DNA of 64,000 nt, from contig CAZGJX010000005.1 of the NCBI GenBank assembly GCA_964525635.1, positions 1 through 64,000 of the forward strand, given 5' to 3'. This stretch comes from an uncultured archaeon. Its GTDB lineage: Archaea > Asgardarchaeota > Lokiarchaeia > Sigyniarchaeales > SOKP01. The stretch's first letter is position 1. Each line of letters begins with the position of its first letter. The position numbers and the translations under genes are program-made. Positions 17,054 to 25,820 of the stretch are shown here, in pieces. Under the pieces are notes generated by a model that did no database searches, was not told the origin of the DNA, and saw only the letters and a program-made list of their open reading frames with translations.

Positions 17054-17878
17054 TTATTTTTTATCTTTTGTATTTTTCATCATTTCGGCTTTAATTCTTG
17101 ATTGTTCTATTGATTTATGGGTAATTGACTTATTAGCAGGCATTCCTATATAAATCAAATTACTTTCTAATACTTGTTCAGGTTTAGTAAAACTATTTGC
17201 TCCTAAAACAACCTCATCTTTGATATTTGTCCCTGGAAGGATTAATGTATGAGCACCAATAATACATCTTTTTCCAATTTTCACTTTTTTAATAATAAGT
17301 TTATCATGATATATTAGATGAGAGAAGATACATACATGAAGAGAAGTCATAGTATCATCACCAATTTCTACAAACTCAGGATCAATATAACCTTCATATA
17401 AAACTACTCTTCTTCCGACTTTTGTACCAAATAAACGGTATATAAATATATCTGACCATGGTAATGGAATAGCTCTAGCTAACCATATTGGAAAATAAGC
17501 GGTCCAAAATCTTCTATGCATATATTTCCAATCTTTGCTACCTTTTTTAAACACACCTTCTCTCGGAGGATGTAATAATTTAAGTATTTTATATACTAAT
17601 GTTGATATTCCCATATTAATTACAAAAAATAAGAAAATATTACCATAAATATTCAATGGAACTAATAACCAATACCACCAATAGCCATCAGGAAAAGATT
17701 GTATGAATTTATCCCCTGTTAAAAGGAAATATAATGAATTTATAAACCAGAGATTGATTAATATAATTATTATTGCTGATATAAAGAATTCAATTAAAAT
17801 AATTAACGTAAAAGAAGTTTTGTAAACTCCAGATGTAGATATATATTTTATATCTAAAGAAGTGCCTTTTATTTCCAT
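17054..17878 (-). CDS. Membrane-anchored left-handed beta-helix acyltransferase-like protein (paralog of 16268..17014)
   Basis: Two TM helices, then PPREGVF, FGTKVG, VEIGDDT, VKIGKRCIIGAHTLILPGT and YIGMPA. Confidence 0.8.
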   Translation of the reverse strand: MEIKGTSLDIKYISTSGVYKTSFTLIILIEFFISAIIIILINLWFINSLYFLLTGDKFIQSFPDGYWWYWLLVPLNIYGNIFLFFVINMGISTLVYKILKLLHPPREGVFKKGSKDWKYMHRRFWTAYFPIWLARAIPLPWSDIFIYRLFGTKVGRRVVLYEGYIDPEFVEIGDDTMTSLHVCIFSHLIYHDKLIIKKVKIGKRCIIGAHTLILPGTNIKDEVVLGANSFTKPEQVLESNLIYIGMPANKSITHKSIEQSRIKAEMMKNTKDKK

Positions 17879-18078
17879 CTTTTTTCTATTATCAATTTCT
17901 CTAATATTTAAGTTTTATTAATGAATAAATATATATTAAATCATTTTCTTATTATTTTTTAAATATATCTAAAACATTTTAATTGTAGTAATAAAATTTA
18001 TACTAAAAAATAAAAAAAATAAGCTAAATTTAATTATTAAATCATAATAATCTTAATCAAAAATAATGTGAGTATATA

Positions 18079-18915
18079 ATGAGTATAGAATGGGAAAAAG
18101 CAGAAAAACAACCGGATAAAGCATTAAAAGTTGATGCAAAAGCTCTACTAGATTTAAGAGAAAAAATTAATGATATTGAAACCCAACTTGCAGAAAAAAA
18201 GAAAAAATTATCTCAAACAGAAGAAACCTTAGAATCAACTAAAAAAGTTTTAGAACAAGTCAAATCCTCAAATGAAGAATCAAATAATGAACTTAGTAAA
18301 AAAAATCAAATTATTGATGATCTTGGATCAGAAATTAATAAATTAAACCAAAAAATAAATACTAACGATAAACAAATAGAAGAACTTGGAGATAAACTAA
18401 ATAACATCGCAGGTACTTCAAAATCATCCGAGGAAAAACTAATTATTCTTAATAATGAATTAGAAGAAACTAAAAAAGCATTGAAAAATAAAGAAGAAGA
18501 ATTATCAAATCTTAATGAAAAAACCAATTCGCAGGAACAGGAACTTATTTCTCTAAAATCTAATCAGGAAGAATTTAAATCATTAAAGTCAGAAAATCAA
18601 GAATTAAAATCTCAGATTGAGGAAAAAGATAATCAAATATCTGAATTGACTTCAACCCTTGAAGAAAAGAGTAAATCTTTGGAGGAAACAATCGAGAGCC
18701 TCGAAGTAGTTGAAAGTGAATTAAGTGAATATAAACCTCCTGAAATAGGATCTGGAGGTTTTACTAGTGAGGAACGAGTTTCATGTCCTATGTGTGGTGC
18801 TGTTGGACAATATATAAAAACTGTTGAAGATAAATCAAAAGTATTAAGCTATGTTGGCCATATTCCGATGTATGCTAAGAAAAATGTTTGTAAAAAATGT
18901 GGTTATGAATTTTAG
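18079..18915 (+). CDS. Long coiled-coil protein with C-terminal zinc ribbon
   Basis: About 190 aa of E/K/L heptad pattern, then CPMCG...CKKCGYEF at the C-terminus. Confidence 0.8.
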   Translation: MSIEWEKAEKQPDKALKVDAKALLDLREKINDIETQLAEKKKKLSQTEETLESTKKVLEQVKSSNEESNNELSKKNQIIDDLGSEINKLNQKINTNDKQIEELGDKLNNIAGTSKSSEEKLIILNNELEETKKALKNKEEELSNLNEKTNSQEQELISLKSNQEEFKSLKSENQELKSQIEEKDNQISELTSTLEEKSKSLEETIESLEVVESELSEYKPPEIGSGGFTSEERVSCPMCGAVGQYIKTVEDKSKVLSYVGHIPMYAKKNVCKKCGYEF

Positions 18916-19039
18916 TATTTTTTTATTTTTCCTTTTAATTTTAAGACCTAGGTTTTCTTTTAATAGATCATTTAAACTATAATTTAATTCTTTAAATTCT
19001 CAAAGAATTTTTAAGATAAGAAAAAGAATTTCAATTAAT

Positions 19040-19612
19040 ATGATTAGATCCTTTATTGCTTTTGATCTCGAAAACAAGACAACTATTAAGAAAATTGATA
19101 TTTTTTCAGAACGAATAAAAGAATTTCAACAAGGTGTAAAACTGGTAAAACCCGAGAATATCCATCTGACTATGAAATTCCTTGGAGAAATAAAAGAATC
19201 AGTCGCTTCAAAAATCTATAAAATTATAGATAAAGAAATTAATGAAGAATTTTTTTCTGATAAACCTATTATTTACAATCTGAAGGGTGTTGGGAATTTC
19301 AAGAATTTTTCAATAATTTGGATAAAAATAGAAGGAAATAATGAATTATTGCAACAAATTAAGAATATAATTGAAGAAGAACTTTACAAGCAATTAAAAA
19401 TTAAAAAGGATGAACGCCAACAATTTAATCCCCATATAACAATTGCAAGATTGAATAGAAAGAAAATAAATTATAGAACTTTCAATGATTTCAAAGAAGA
19501 AATTAAACAAAATAAAAATAAAGATTTTGGAGAGTTCTATATAAAAAAAATAAAACTGAAAAAATCAGTTCTTACACCTAAAGGTCCTATATACACTGAT
19601 TTAGTTTATTAA
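19040..19612 (+). CDS. thpR: RNA 2',3'-cyclic phosphodiesterase (2H family, ThpR/LigT)
   Basis: RSFIAF, ENIHLTMKFLGE, FNPHITIAR and KSVLTPKGPIY. Confidence 0.92.
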   Translation: MIRSFIAFDLENKTTIKKIDIFSERIKEFQQGVKLVKPENIHLTMKFLGEIKESVASKIYKIIDKEINEEFFSDKPIIYNLKGVGNFKNFSIIWIKIEGNNELLQQIKNIIEEELYKQLKIKKDERQQFNPHITIARLNRKKINYRTFNDFKEEIKQNKNKDFGEFYIKKIKLKKSVLTPKGPIYTDLVY

Positions 19613-19664
19613 ATGAAAAAAAATAGATTAAAAGCAATAGTCTGGGATTTAGATGTTACAATTA

Positions 19665-19736
19665 TTTATTTAAATATTTATGAATTTCTTTATCTAATTT
19701 ACTTTTTACAGAATCTAAACCTTCGACTACAATTCT
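19665..19736. repeat. 72-bp perfect inverted copy of 22112-22183 (3' end of the HIT gene)
   Basis: Reverse complement reads AGAATTGTAGTCGAAGGTTTAGATTCTGTAAAAAGTAAATTAGATAAAGAAATTCATAAATATTTAAATAAA, identical to 22112-22183. Confidence 0.95.
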
Positions 19737-19863
19737 TCTTACTTTATTATAATTTTTGAAGACTTTATGTAATTTATACTCTTGTGAGACTGTTGGATGC
19801 AGTCTAAATTTGATAGTTTGCCTCATTTATATATATAAGTGGAGTATAGGTATTTAAATAAAG

Positions 19864-19922
19864 AATAAAGATAAAAATAAAAAGATGAAGAGTGCAAACA
19901 ATTTTTGATTTTTATCTTTATT
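19864..19922. repeat. Inverted repeat / hairpin (possible IS subterminal hairpin)
   Basis: AATAAAGATAAAAAT...ATTTTTATCTTTATT, 15-bp perfect arms. Confidence 0.6.
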
Positions 19923-20278
19923 TATAAGAATTTATATAATTTCAGCGAACTGTTGATACAATATATATATGTAAAAAACTTAAACTACTCCCAAATGAAA
20001 TTATTGTAATTGGTGATACATCTCATGATATAGAATGTGCGTTAAGTGTTGGAGCTAAATCAATTGCAATTAAATGTGAAAAAACTAAATTCTTTGAAAG
20101 GGATATGTTCCAATATGCAAATCTTGTAATTGAACAAAGGGATATTCCCCATGATCTAATTAACACAATAAAAACTTTTCTTTAAAAATATTAAAAACAT
20201 TTTTAAGTAAATTATAGTAATATTGATATATTTTTAATATATTATTTAAGATAATAAATTGAAGATTTAATGAACTAA

Positions 20279-20557
20279 ATGATAAAAACTAAATATAACT
20301 TAGATGTTTTAAAACCGCATCATCCGAGTAGTGATATGGTCGCTCGTGCTTTATTACAAATTGAGGGAGCTAAGGCGGTTAAAGTAAGTGTTGATGAATT
20401 AGATCAAAAAACAGCCTCTTTACATATTGAAATAGAGGGAATTGATTTAAATCTTGATTTAATTTCTGAAACATTAGAAGAGTTAAACTGTGCATTGCAT
20501 TCTGTAGATGAGGTTATATGCGAAAAAATAACGGATGAACAAAATTCCATTATCTAA
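20279..20557 (+). CDS. DUF211-family small archaeal protein
   Basis: LDVLKPHHP...V.V.VDELD..T..L.I.IEG......I...LEELNCALHSVDEV. Confidence 0.8.
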   Translation: MIKTKYNLDVLKPHHPSSDMVARALLQIEGAKAVKVSVDELDQKTASLHIEIEGIDLNLDLISETLEELNCALHSVDEVICEKITDEQNSII

Positions 20558-20661
20558 TATGATATTATTCAAATGTTAGAACCAAAGATTTAAACCTTTG
20601 AAGTAATAAAAAAATTATATATTAATTAATAAAATTATTTTTAAATTATACTTAATAAAAA

Positions 20662-21015
20662 ATGTCTGCTCCAAAAATATTAAATGTAATACAGGAAAAA
20701 GGTGAAATTTCAGACGAATTGGATTATGCTTTAATGAAATATCTATTACAAAATCGAGGTTCTGGATATACTCCTTGTCAACCTAAATTAGTAGAACTTG
20801 AGGATGGAACAAAAGCAATTAAATTAAGCATTGATAATACTTTCGTTGGAAAAGACAATCAATTAATGGGTTTAGGGATCGTTGGAACTATTTTTGTTAA
20901 TATGGATAATTTTAATGTAATTTATGCAACCACAAAGGAAGAATTAGAAAGTAATATTCTAAAATTAGAAAAGGCAGGAATAAAGCCTCAACCAAGACCT
21001 CACGGAAAATACTAG
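20662..21015 (+). CDS. Hypothetical protein (117 aa)
   Basis: Clean ORF with host-like codon usage, co-oriented with its neighbours; no recognised motif. Confidence 0.7.
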   Translation: MSAPKILNVIQEKGEISDELDYALMKYLLQNRGSGYTPCQPKLVELEDGTKAIKLSIDNTFVGKDNQLMGLGIVGTIFVNMDNFNVIYATTKEELESNILKLEKAGIKPQPRPHGKY

Positions 21016-21092
21016 ATATAGAAAAGAATATTTTTTTGATTTTTAAATAAAAAATTTAATTTCCAATCTTAATTTTTAAATTATTGATATTA

Positions 21093-21635
21093 ATGAATAA
21101 AACTATAAATATCCTCGAAGAGTCAATAAGAGAATATCTATTAGATGAAGGACTATTACAAAATTCAATAAATGATTCAAAAATAAAATTTGGATTTCAA
21201 TTTACTTTTCCACCCCTCTCAAAGCAATCTTTACAAAAAAGTAATTCTATGATAGTGTTCCAACCTCAAAATAAAGATTTACTAATTGTATCCATAGGAA
21301 CACAAATTACAAAACCTTACATTAATGCTCTTAAAAAAAGTAAAGATGGAGAAGTAAATTTTCTAATGGAATTAAAGAAGTTATTTCTAATAAAGAATGT
21401 CTTCTTTAGACTAGATAAAGATAATTATAGATATGAAATTAGCGATCAGGTCTTTATCAATCAACATGAAATAATATCAAAAAATAATTTTTTTGTTATA
21501 ATAAGGAATCTATATAATGTTTATGCTTATAGTAATTTACTTTTAAGTGATTATTGTACTATTAAAATAAATCCAAATGATCTTAGTAGAACTCAGAGAT
21601 TTAACACAAGCCCAGGATTTAATTTATATACATAA
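21093..21635 (+). CDS. DUF2299-like hypothetical protein
   Basis: IREYLLDEGL...FGFQFTFP...MIVFQP..KD pattern. ATG at 21093 preferred over the TTG at 21084. Confidence 0.55.
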   Translation: MNKTINILEESIREYLLDEGLLQNSINDSKIKFGFQFTFPPLSKQSLQKSNSMIVFQPQNKDLLIVSIGTQITKPYINALKKSKDGEVNFLMELKKLFLIKNVFFRLDKDNYRYEISDQVFINQHEIISKNNFFVIIRNLYNVYAYSNLLLSDYCTIKINPNDLSRTQRFNTSPGFNLYT

Positions 21636-21685
21636 GTAATTATTTAAATTTATAATACAATAACTTAATTTAATTATAAAGAGAA

Positions 21686-22204
21686 ATGTTTAATAAATGG
21701 CTTCAAGCTTTAGATAAACTTGAATATGTACAAGGTAAAAATAGACCAATTGTTGACTGTATCTTATGTGCAGTTAGAGATAATGATGAAAAAGTAGTCT
21801 CTTTAAAAATTTATGAAGATAGTATTAATTATGTATCGCTTAATTTATTTCCATACAATCCTGCACATTTATTAGTTGTAATAAACCGTCACATAATAAA
21901 TTTTACGGATTTAATGAAAAATGAATTAATCCATATTTTTCGAACAATTCAAGGTTTACAATTGTTACTTAATGATTTATATTCTCCTAAAGGATATAAT
22001 ATTGGGATGAATCAAGGAAAAAGCTCAGGAGGAAGTATTGAACATTTGCATTTTCACGTAGTACCTAGATTTGGTTCTGAACTTGGTTTTATTGATATAA
22101 TTGGTAAGACGAGAATTGTAGTCGAAGGTTTAGATTCTGTAAAAAGTAAATTAGATAAAGAAATTCATAAATATTTAAATAAAGCTTTCTTTAAAGATTT
22201 CTGA
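21686..22204 (+). CDS. HIT-family nucleotide hydrolase (Ap4A phosphorylase/FHIT-like)
   Basis: CILC, LNLFPYNPAHLLVV, GYNIGMNQG..SGGSIEHLHFHVVPR. Confidence 0.92.
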   Translation: MFNKWLQALDKLEYVQGKNRPIVDCILCAVRDNDEKVVSLKIYEDSINYVSLNLFPYNPAHLLVVINRHIINFTDLMKNELIHIFRTIQGLQLLLNDLYSPKGYNIGMNQGKSSGGSIEHLHFHVVPRFGSELGFIDIIGKTRIVVEGLDSVKSKLDKEIHKYLNKAFFKDF

Positions 22205-22329
22205 TTGATCCTCTTCTTATTATAATTCTTAATCCAGTTTTCTTTAAAGAATAATCATTAGTTCTTTAATTATTTTCAAAAGAGAAATATATTTTTACTA
22301 TTTATTTAAAATATTAGAATTATTCTAAA

Positions 22330-22359
22330 AAGAAAAATTAAAAAAAAAAAATAAAAAAA
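22330..22359 (-). terminator. Oligo-T terminator after the histone gene
   Basis: Long A-runs on + just beyond the histone stop codon. Confidence 0.55.
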
Positions 22360-22369
22360 CTGCTAATTA

Positions 22370-22594
22370 TTAATAAGAGCCTCTTGTTGCTTCACGAATA
22401 TCAGCAGCGGTAATTCTTTTTCTCTTATCTTTTTTGGTTATTTTAATTGCGTCTTTTGTTGCATTAGCAGCATTTTTTTCTAAAAAGTTAATTAATTTAT
22501 CTAGAGCATCTGCAGCAACTAAATCAGCCCCTTCTCTTTTCATTAACCTTCGAATAGGTGCTTTAGCAATATAACCTTCTGCTTTTTTAGCCAT
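22370..22594 (-). CDS. Archaeal histone (HMf-like)
   Basis: IAKAPIRRLMK..GA..V...A...L...LE...A..A......KRKRITAADI histone fold; GGAGG Shine-Dalgarno upstream. Confidence 0.93.
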   Translation of the reverse strand: MAKKAEGYIAKAPIRRLMKREGADLVAADALDKLINFLEKNAANATKDAIKITKKDKRKRITAADIREATRGSY

Positions 22595-23204
22595 AATTTT
22601 ATTCCTCCACTAATTTTTTAAATTAATTTTTATAAATTTAATTTAGTTCTTAATTATATCTACACATTTCTATTATATAAATGTTATGATTCGAAATGAT
22701 ATATTTATGAATCTAAGTAGATTTATTTGACGATTGAAATATTATCTTAATATATCATTGACCGACAAAAAACTAATAAAAAGTAAATTTTTATTTTTTA
22801 TTTTAGTTAATTTGACTATTTTTATAGAGAATTCTTCTTCTCTGTATAAATTTATCTATAATTTTTTCATATTTTAAACGTATATGAATAATAATATTAA
22901 AATATTAATAAAATACTTTTTTTTTTTTAAAATTCTTATCTTTATTTTTCTCTCCTTGAAACCTATAATAATTTAAGAATTTTCTCATAATATTTATAAA
23001 AGATAACGCAAAAAAGAAATAATATATTTGATTCTATTATTTTAATTATAATTATCTTAATAATCTTAATAAAAAAACATATCAAGATGATATTATTCAA
23101 AAATATATTGAATGTTTTTTAGACTTAAATTTAAAAAATTAGAAATTATATATCAATAAGCAATCATTAGTCAATAAATAATAAATAAAGAAGTGAGTTA
23201 GTCT

Positions 23205-24047
23205 CTGATTAGCAATAGTAAGATAGAAAAAGAATTTAATGAATCTGAGATAGAAGAAGCATTACAAGAACTAAATTTTACCAAAAATGATTCAAAAGTA
23301 TTCCTTACACTTGCTAAGTATAAAGTTTTATCGCCTGCTGACATTGCTCGTCATAGTAATGTTGATAGAGCAAGAGTATATGATTCTCTTAATCGACTAA
23401 TGGAAAAAGGTTATATTAAAAAAGAACCTGTTAAAAGAGGAGCTAATTATCAAGTTATTGCTATTGATAAAATTTTTAAATCTATTCGTGAAGGATTTAA
23501 AAAAAAAATAGAAGAAACTATATTATTAGAAAAAGTGATTAGTGAATTACATGTTGATGAGGAGGAACCTGAACCAAGGGTCTGGGCAATTAACTCAAAA
23601 AAAAAAATTAGAAAAAAAATTAAACAACTTATTGATTCTGCTAAAAGAAGACTGTTCTTAATTATTACTCCTGACTTATTAATGGATGAACTAGGAGGGC
23701 ATGAATGGCTTTTGAAAGAGATATGGAATAAAAAATTTTCTTCTGAAAAAATAAAAATTGTTATTGCTTTAAAATACTTTAATACTCTGAAAGAAGAGAT
23801 AAAAAAATTACTTAAAATTCAAATACAGGTCCATTCAATTGAGGGAGATAATGTAATTCCCTTTGGTTTATTAATAGCTGATAATGATTTTCTTTTAACC
23901 ACATTAGACCAAGTAAAGGAAGCACCAGAATACACATCAGGAATCTGGTTAGAGGACGGAAATGACAAACAGATCTTAGGCTACGAGCACCTGTTCAAGC
24001 ATTTCATCGGTTCTGAGTGCAAGGAGATTATATTGACATTAAGGTAA
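23205..24047 (+). CDS. TrmB-family transcriptional regulator (wHTH + PLD-like effector domain)
   Basis: The frame is open upstream of ATG 23400 and encodes ALQELNFTKNDSKVFLTL...SPADIARHSNVDRARVYDSLNRLMEKG (TrmB HTH). The C-domain has LIDSAKRRLFLI and LLIADNDFLL. The start must be non-canonical (CTG 23205, ATT 23208 or ATA 23223). Confidence 0.85.
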   Translation: MISNSKIEKEFNESEIEEALQELNFTKNDSKVFLTLAKYKVLSPADIARHSNVDRARVYDSLNRLMEKGYIKKEPVKRGANYQVIAIDKIFKSIREGFKKKIEETILLEKVISELHVDEEEPEPRVWAINSKKKIRKKIKQLIDSAKRRLFLIITPDLLMDELGGHEWLLKEIWNKKFSSEKIKIVIALKYFNTLKEEIKKLLKIQIQVHSIEGDNVIPFGLLIADNDFLLTTLDQVKEAPEYTSGIWLEDGNDKQILGYEHLFKHFIGSECKEIILTLR

Positions 24048-24234
24048 GAAAATAAATGAATTCTGGTAATTCCCCTTAATTCTCTATTATTTTTCTAAGT
24101 GGAAAAACAGTTAAAAAAAAATTTTTAAAAAAATACTATTTTAAGCTGAAAGAGATGAAAATAATAATATAGAATAAGTTGCTTAAGTTTAGCTAGAACT
24201 ATCTTTTTAGAGAAAAATAGAAGGCGTTTTAAAG

Positions 24235-25764
24235 TCAATTTATTTTAAGGGAAGGAATGTCTTTTAAAGATTGAGGAATTTTTTTTATTTTATTTCTTGC
24301 TATAGTTAATTCTTTTAATTTTAGTAAATTTCCGAAGGAATCTGGGAGATCTTCTATACTGTTATCTCTTAGACCTAAGAATTCTAAATTTTTAATCTCT
24401 CCAATTGATTCTGGTATTTTTCTTAATAATTTATTTTCTTGTAAGCTGAGACGCTTTAAATTTTTCAATTTACCTATATTAGAAGGAATCTTATTGATTT
24501 TATTATATCCTAAAAATAATTGCTCTAGATTTATTAAATCTAATATAAATAATGGAAATATAGAAAGGTTATTATGACTTAAAGAAAGAAAATTTAAAGA
24601 AGTTAAATTTAAGAGATTTGGTAAGACTTCTAATTGATTATCATCTAGATGTAATTCTTTTAGATTGGGGAGGTTATTTATTGACTGAGGAATCTTGTTT
24701 AACTTATTCCTACTTAAATTGAGAATTTCGAGGGATTTTAAATTTCCGATGGTCTCAGGAATGTGGCTTATTTCGCATAAACTTAAATCGAGGTATTTTA
24801 ACTGTGTTAAGTCTCCAAGAGATTTAGGAATTGAAACTTGATACTTACCAGAAAAATGGCTTAATTTTGCATTCTGAAGGTGCACATCTAAAACCTGCAA
24901 TAACTTACATTTATTTATCCATTCAGGCACTTTAATAAGCTCATTCTCACTAGCATCAAGCTCTTTAAGACGGAAATGAAGTATTTCTTTAGGTAATTCA
25001 GTAAGATATAATTTGCTCAAATCAAGCTTTCCTTTATTTACCATTTTCGCGAGGACATCGATTTTCTCAGCTTTGGACAAGCGGAAAAATAGCTTCATTA
25101 ACCAGTGTCTAGTTAGATATAAGTCTTTATGTCTGAGTAACGGTTTTAAGTCGAACAGATGAAGGATAACAGGTCTATGGAGTTCAGGACTTAAAAGGTC
25201 CAGAGCTCCTTCATGTAGCAATACAGCAATCATATCTATGTCGTTTCCCTCAAAAAAGCGTAGTAGAAGGGTGTCTTTTTGTTCTTGAGTGAGGTAGTTA
25301 AGAAATTTGCGCACTAAAAGATATTTAACAACATTTTTGCTTCTACTTTCGAACCTTCTGACAATCTCTTGCGGGAATTTAATTTTGGCCTTAGGGTCGC
25401 CGACGTCAACGAGTTTTCTCAGGAGTGGGAAGGCGAGATTGCTGTGGAGGAGGCGAGTATCGTAATCATGTTCGGCCCACACTTGGAGATTTGAGCAGTG
25501 AGCCCAGAATTCAACTTGAGGGGGTATTTTAACGGTGGTCTCTTTTGGTCGTTCTAGAATTGAGTTGAGGTGCTCCTTCGCATCGTCGATGGAGTCAATT
25601 TTTTCGAATTCTTCAATCTTATTGGCGGGTATCGACAAAAGCAGGTATTTACACTGTAGAAACCTTTCATTATTTACAAATATGACTGTTTTTCCATCTC
25701 TGAGCTTTAAGGTGATAAATTCATTTATTTTAAATTCTGGCGAGGGTGGAATATATACAGTCAT
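24235..25764 (-). CDS. Leucine-rich repeat protein with Lokiarchaeia-type N-terminal domain
   Basis: About 10 LxxLxLxxNxL repeats in the C-terminal half. N-terminal EFKINEFITLKL...EFWAHCSNLQVW...DTRLLHSNLAFPLL domain. No signal peptide. Confidence 0.9.
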   Translation of the reverse strand: MTVYIPPSPEFKINEFITLKLRDGKTVIFVNNERFLQCKYLLLSIPANKIEEFEKIDSIDDAKEHLNSILERPKETTVKIPPQVEFWAHCSNLQVWAEHDYDTRLLHSNLAFPLLRKLVDVGDPKAKIKFPQEIVRRFESRSKNVVKYLLVRKFLNYLTQEQKDTLLLRFFEGNDIDMIAVLLHEGALDLLSPELHRPVILHLFDLKPLLRHKDLYLTRHWLMKLFFRLSKAEKIDVLAKMVNKGKLDLSKLYLTELPKEILHFRLKELDASENELIKVPEWINKCKLLQVLDVHLQNAKLSHFSGKYQVSIPKSLGDLTQLKYLDLSLCEISHIPETIGNLKSLEILNLSRNKLNKIPQSINNLPNLKELHLDDNQLEVLPNLLNLTSLNFLSLSHNNLSIFPLFILDLINLEQLFLGYNKINKIPSNIGKLKNLKRLSLQENKLLRKIPESIGEIKNLEFLGLRDNSIEDLPDSFGNLLKLKELTIARNKIKKIPQSLKDIPSLKIN

Positions 25765-25820
25765 TTCTATGATTACTATAAGTAATTTTCTTATTTAAAT
25801 TATTGGAGAGTGAGGAATTT

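Larger units (their letters stand above)
19662..19960 (-). mobile_element. IS200/IS605-type (tnpB) remnant: 5' end of tnpB plus upstream end region
   Basis: Minus-strand ATG at 19826 gives MRQTIKFRLHPTVSQEYKLHKVFKNYNKVRR, resembling the TnpB/OrfB N-terminal K-F-R-L-x-P-T-x-x-Q motif. Upstream are a TTTAAATA box and a hairpin. It sits inside the broken HAD gene. Confidence 0.65.
19613..20185 (+). pseudogene. Disrupted HAD-family phosphatase
   Basis: 5' piece MKKNRLKAIVWDLDVTI (motif I) begins immediately after the thpR stop. 3' piece ICKKLKLLPNEIIVIGDTSHDIECALSVGAKSIAI...TFL* (motif IV) at about 19962-20185. The middle is replaced by unrelated DNA. Confidence 0.85.

Noticed and set aside
19864-19922. 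SECIS-like appearance of the hairpin (ATGA...AAA...TGA)
   Set aside because: The upper stem is poor and no upstream + strand gene has an in-frame TGA (thpR ends in TAA). Its position inside the IS remnant explains it better.
22595-23190. Replication origin or ncRNA in the long AT-rich histone-trmB intergenic region
   Set aside because: No ORB-like G-string repeats, no adjacent cdc6/orc gene and no GC-rich structured segment; only short AT-rich repeats such as ATTATCTTAATA.
23193-23201. GTG-AGT-TAG read-through (pyrrolysine) as the TrmB start
   Set aside because: There are no pyl genes or other in-frame TAG evidence in the window; a non-canonical start after the TAG is simpler.
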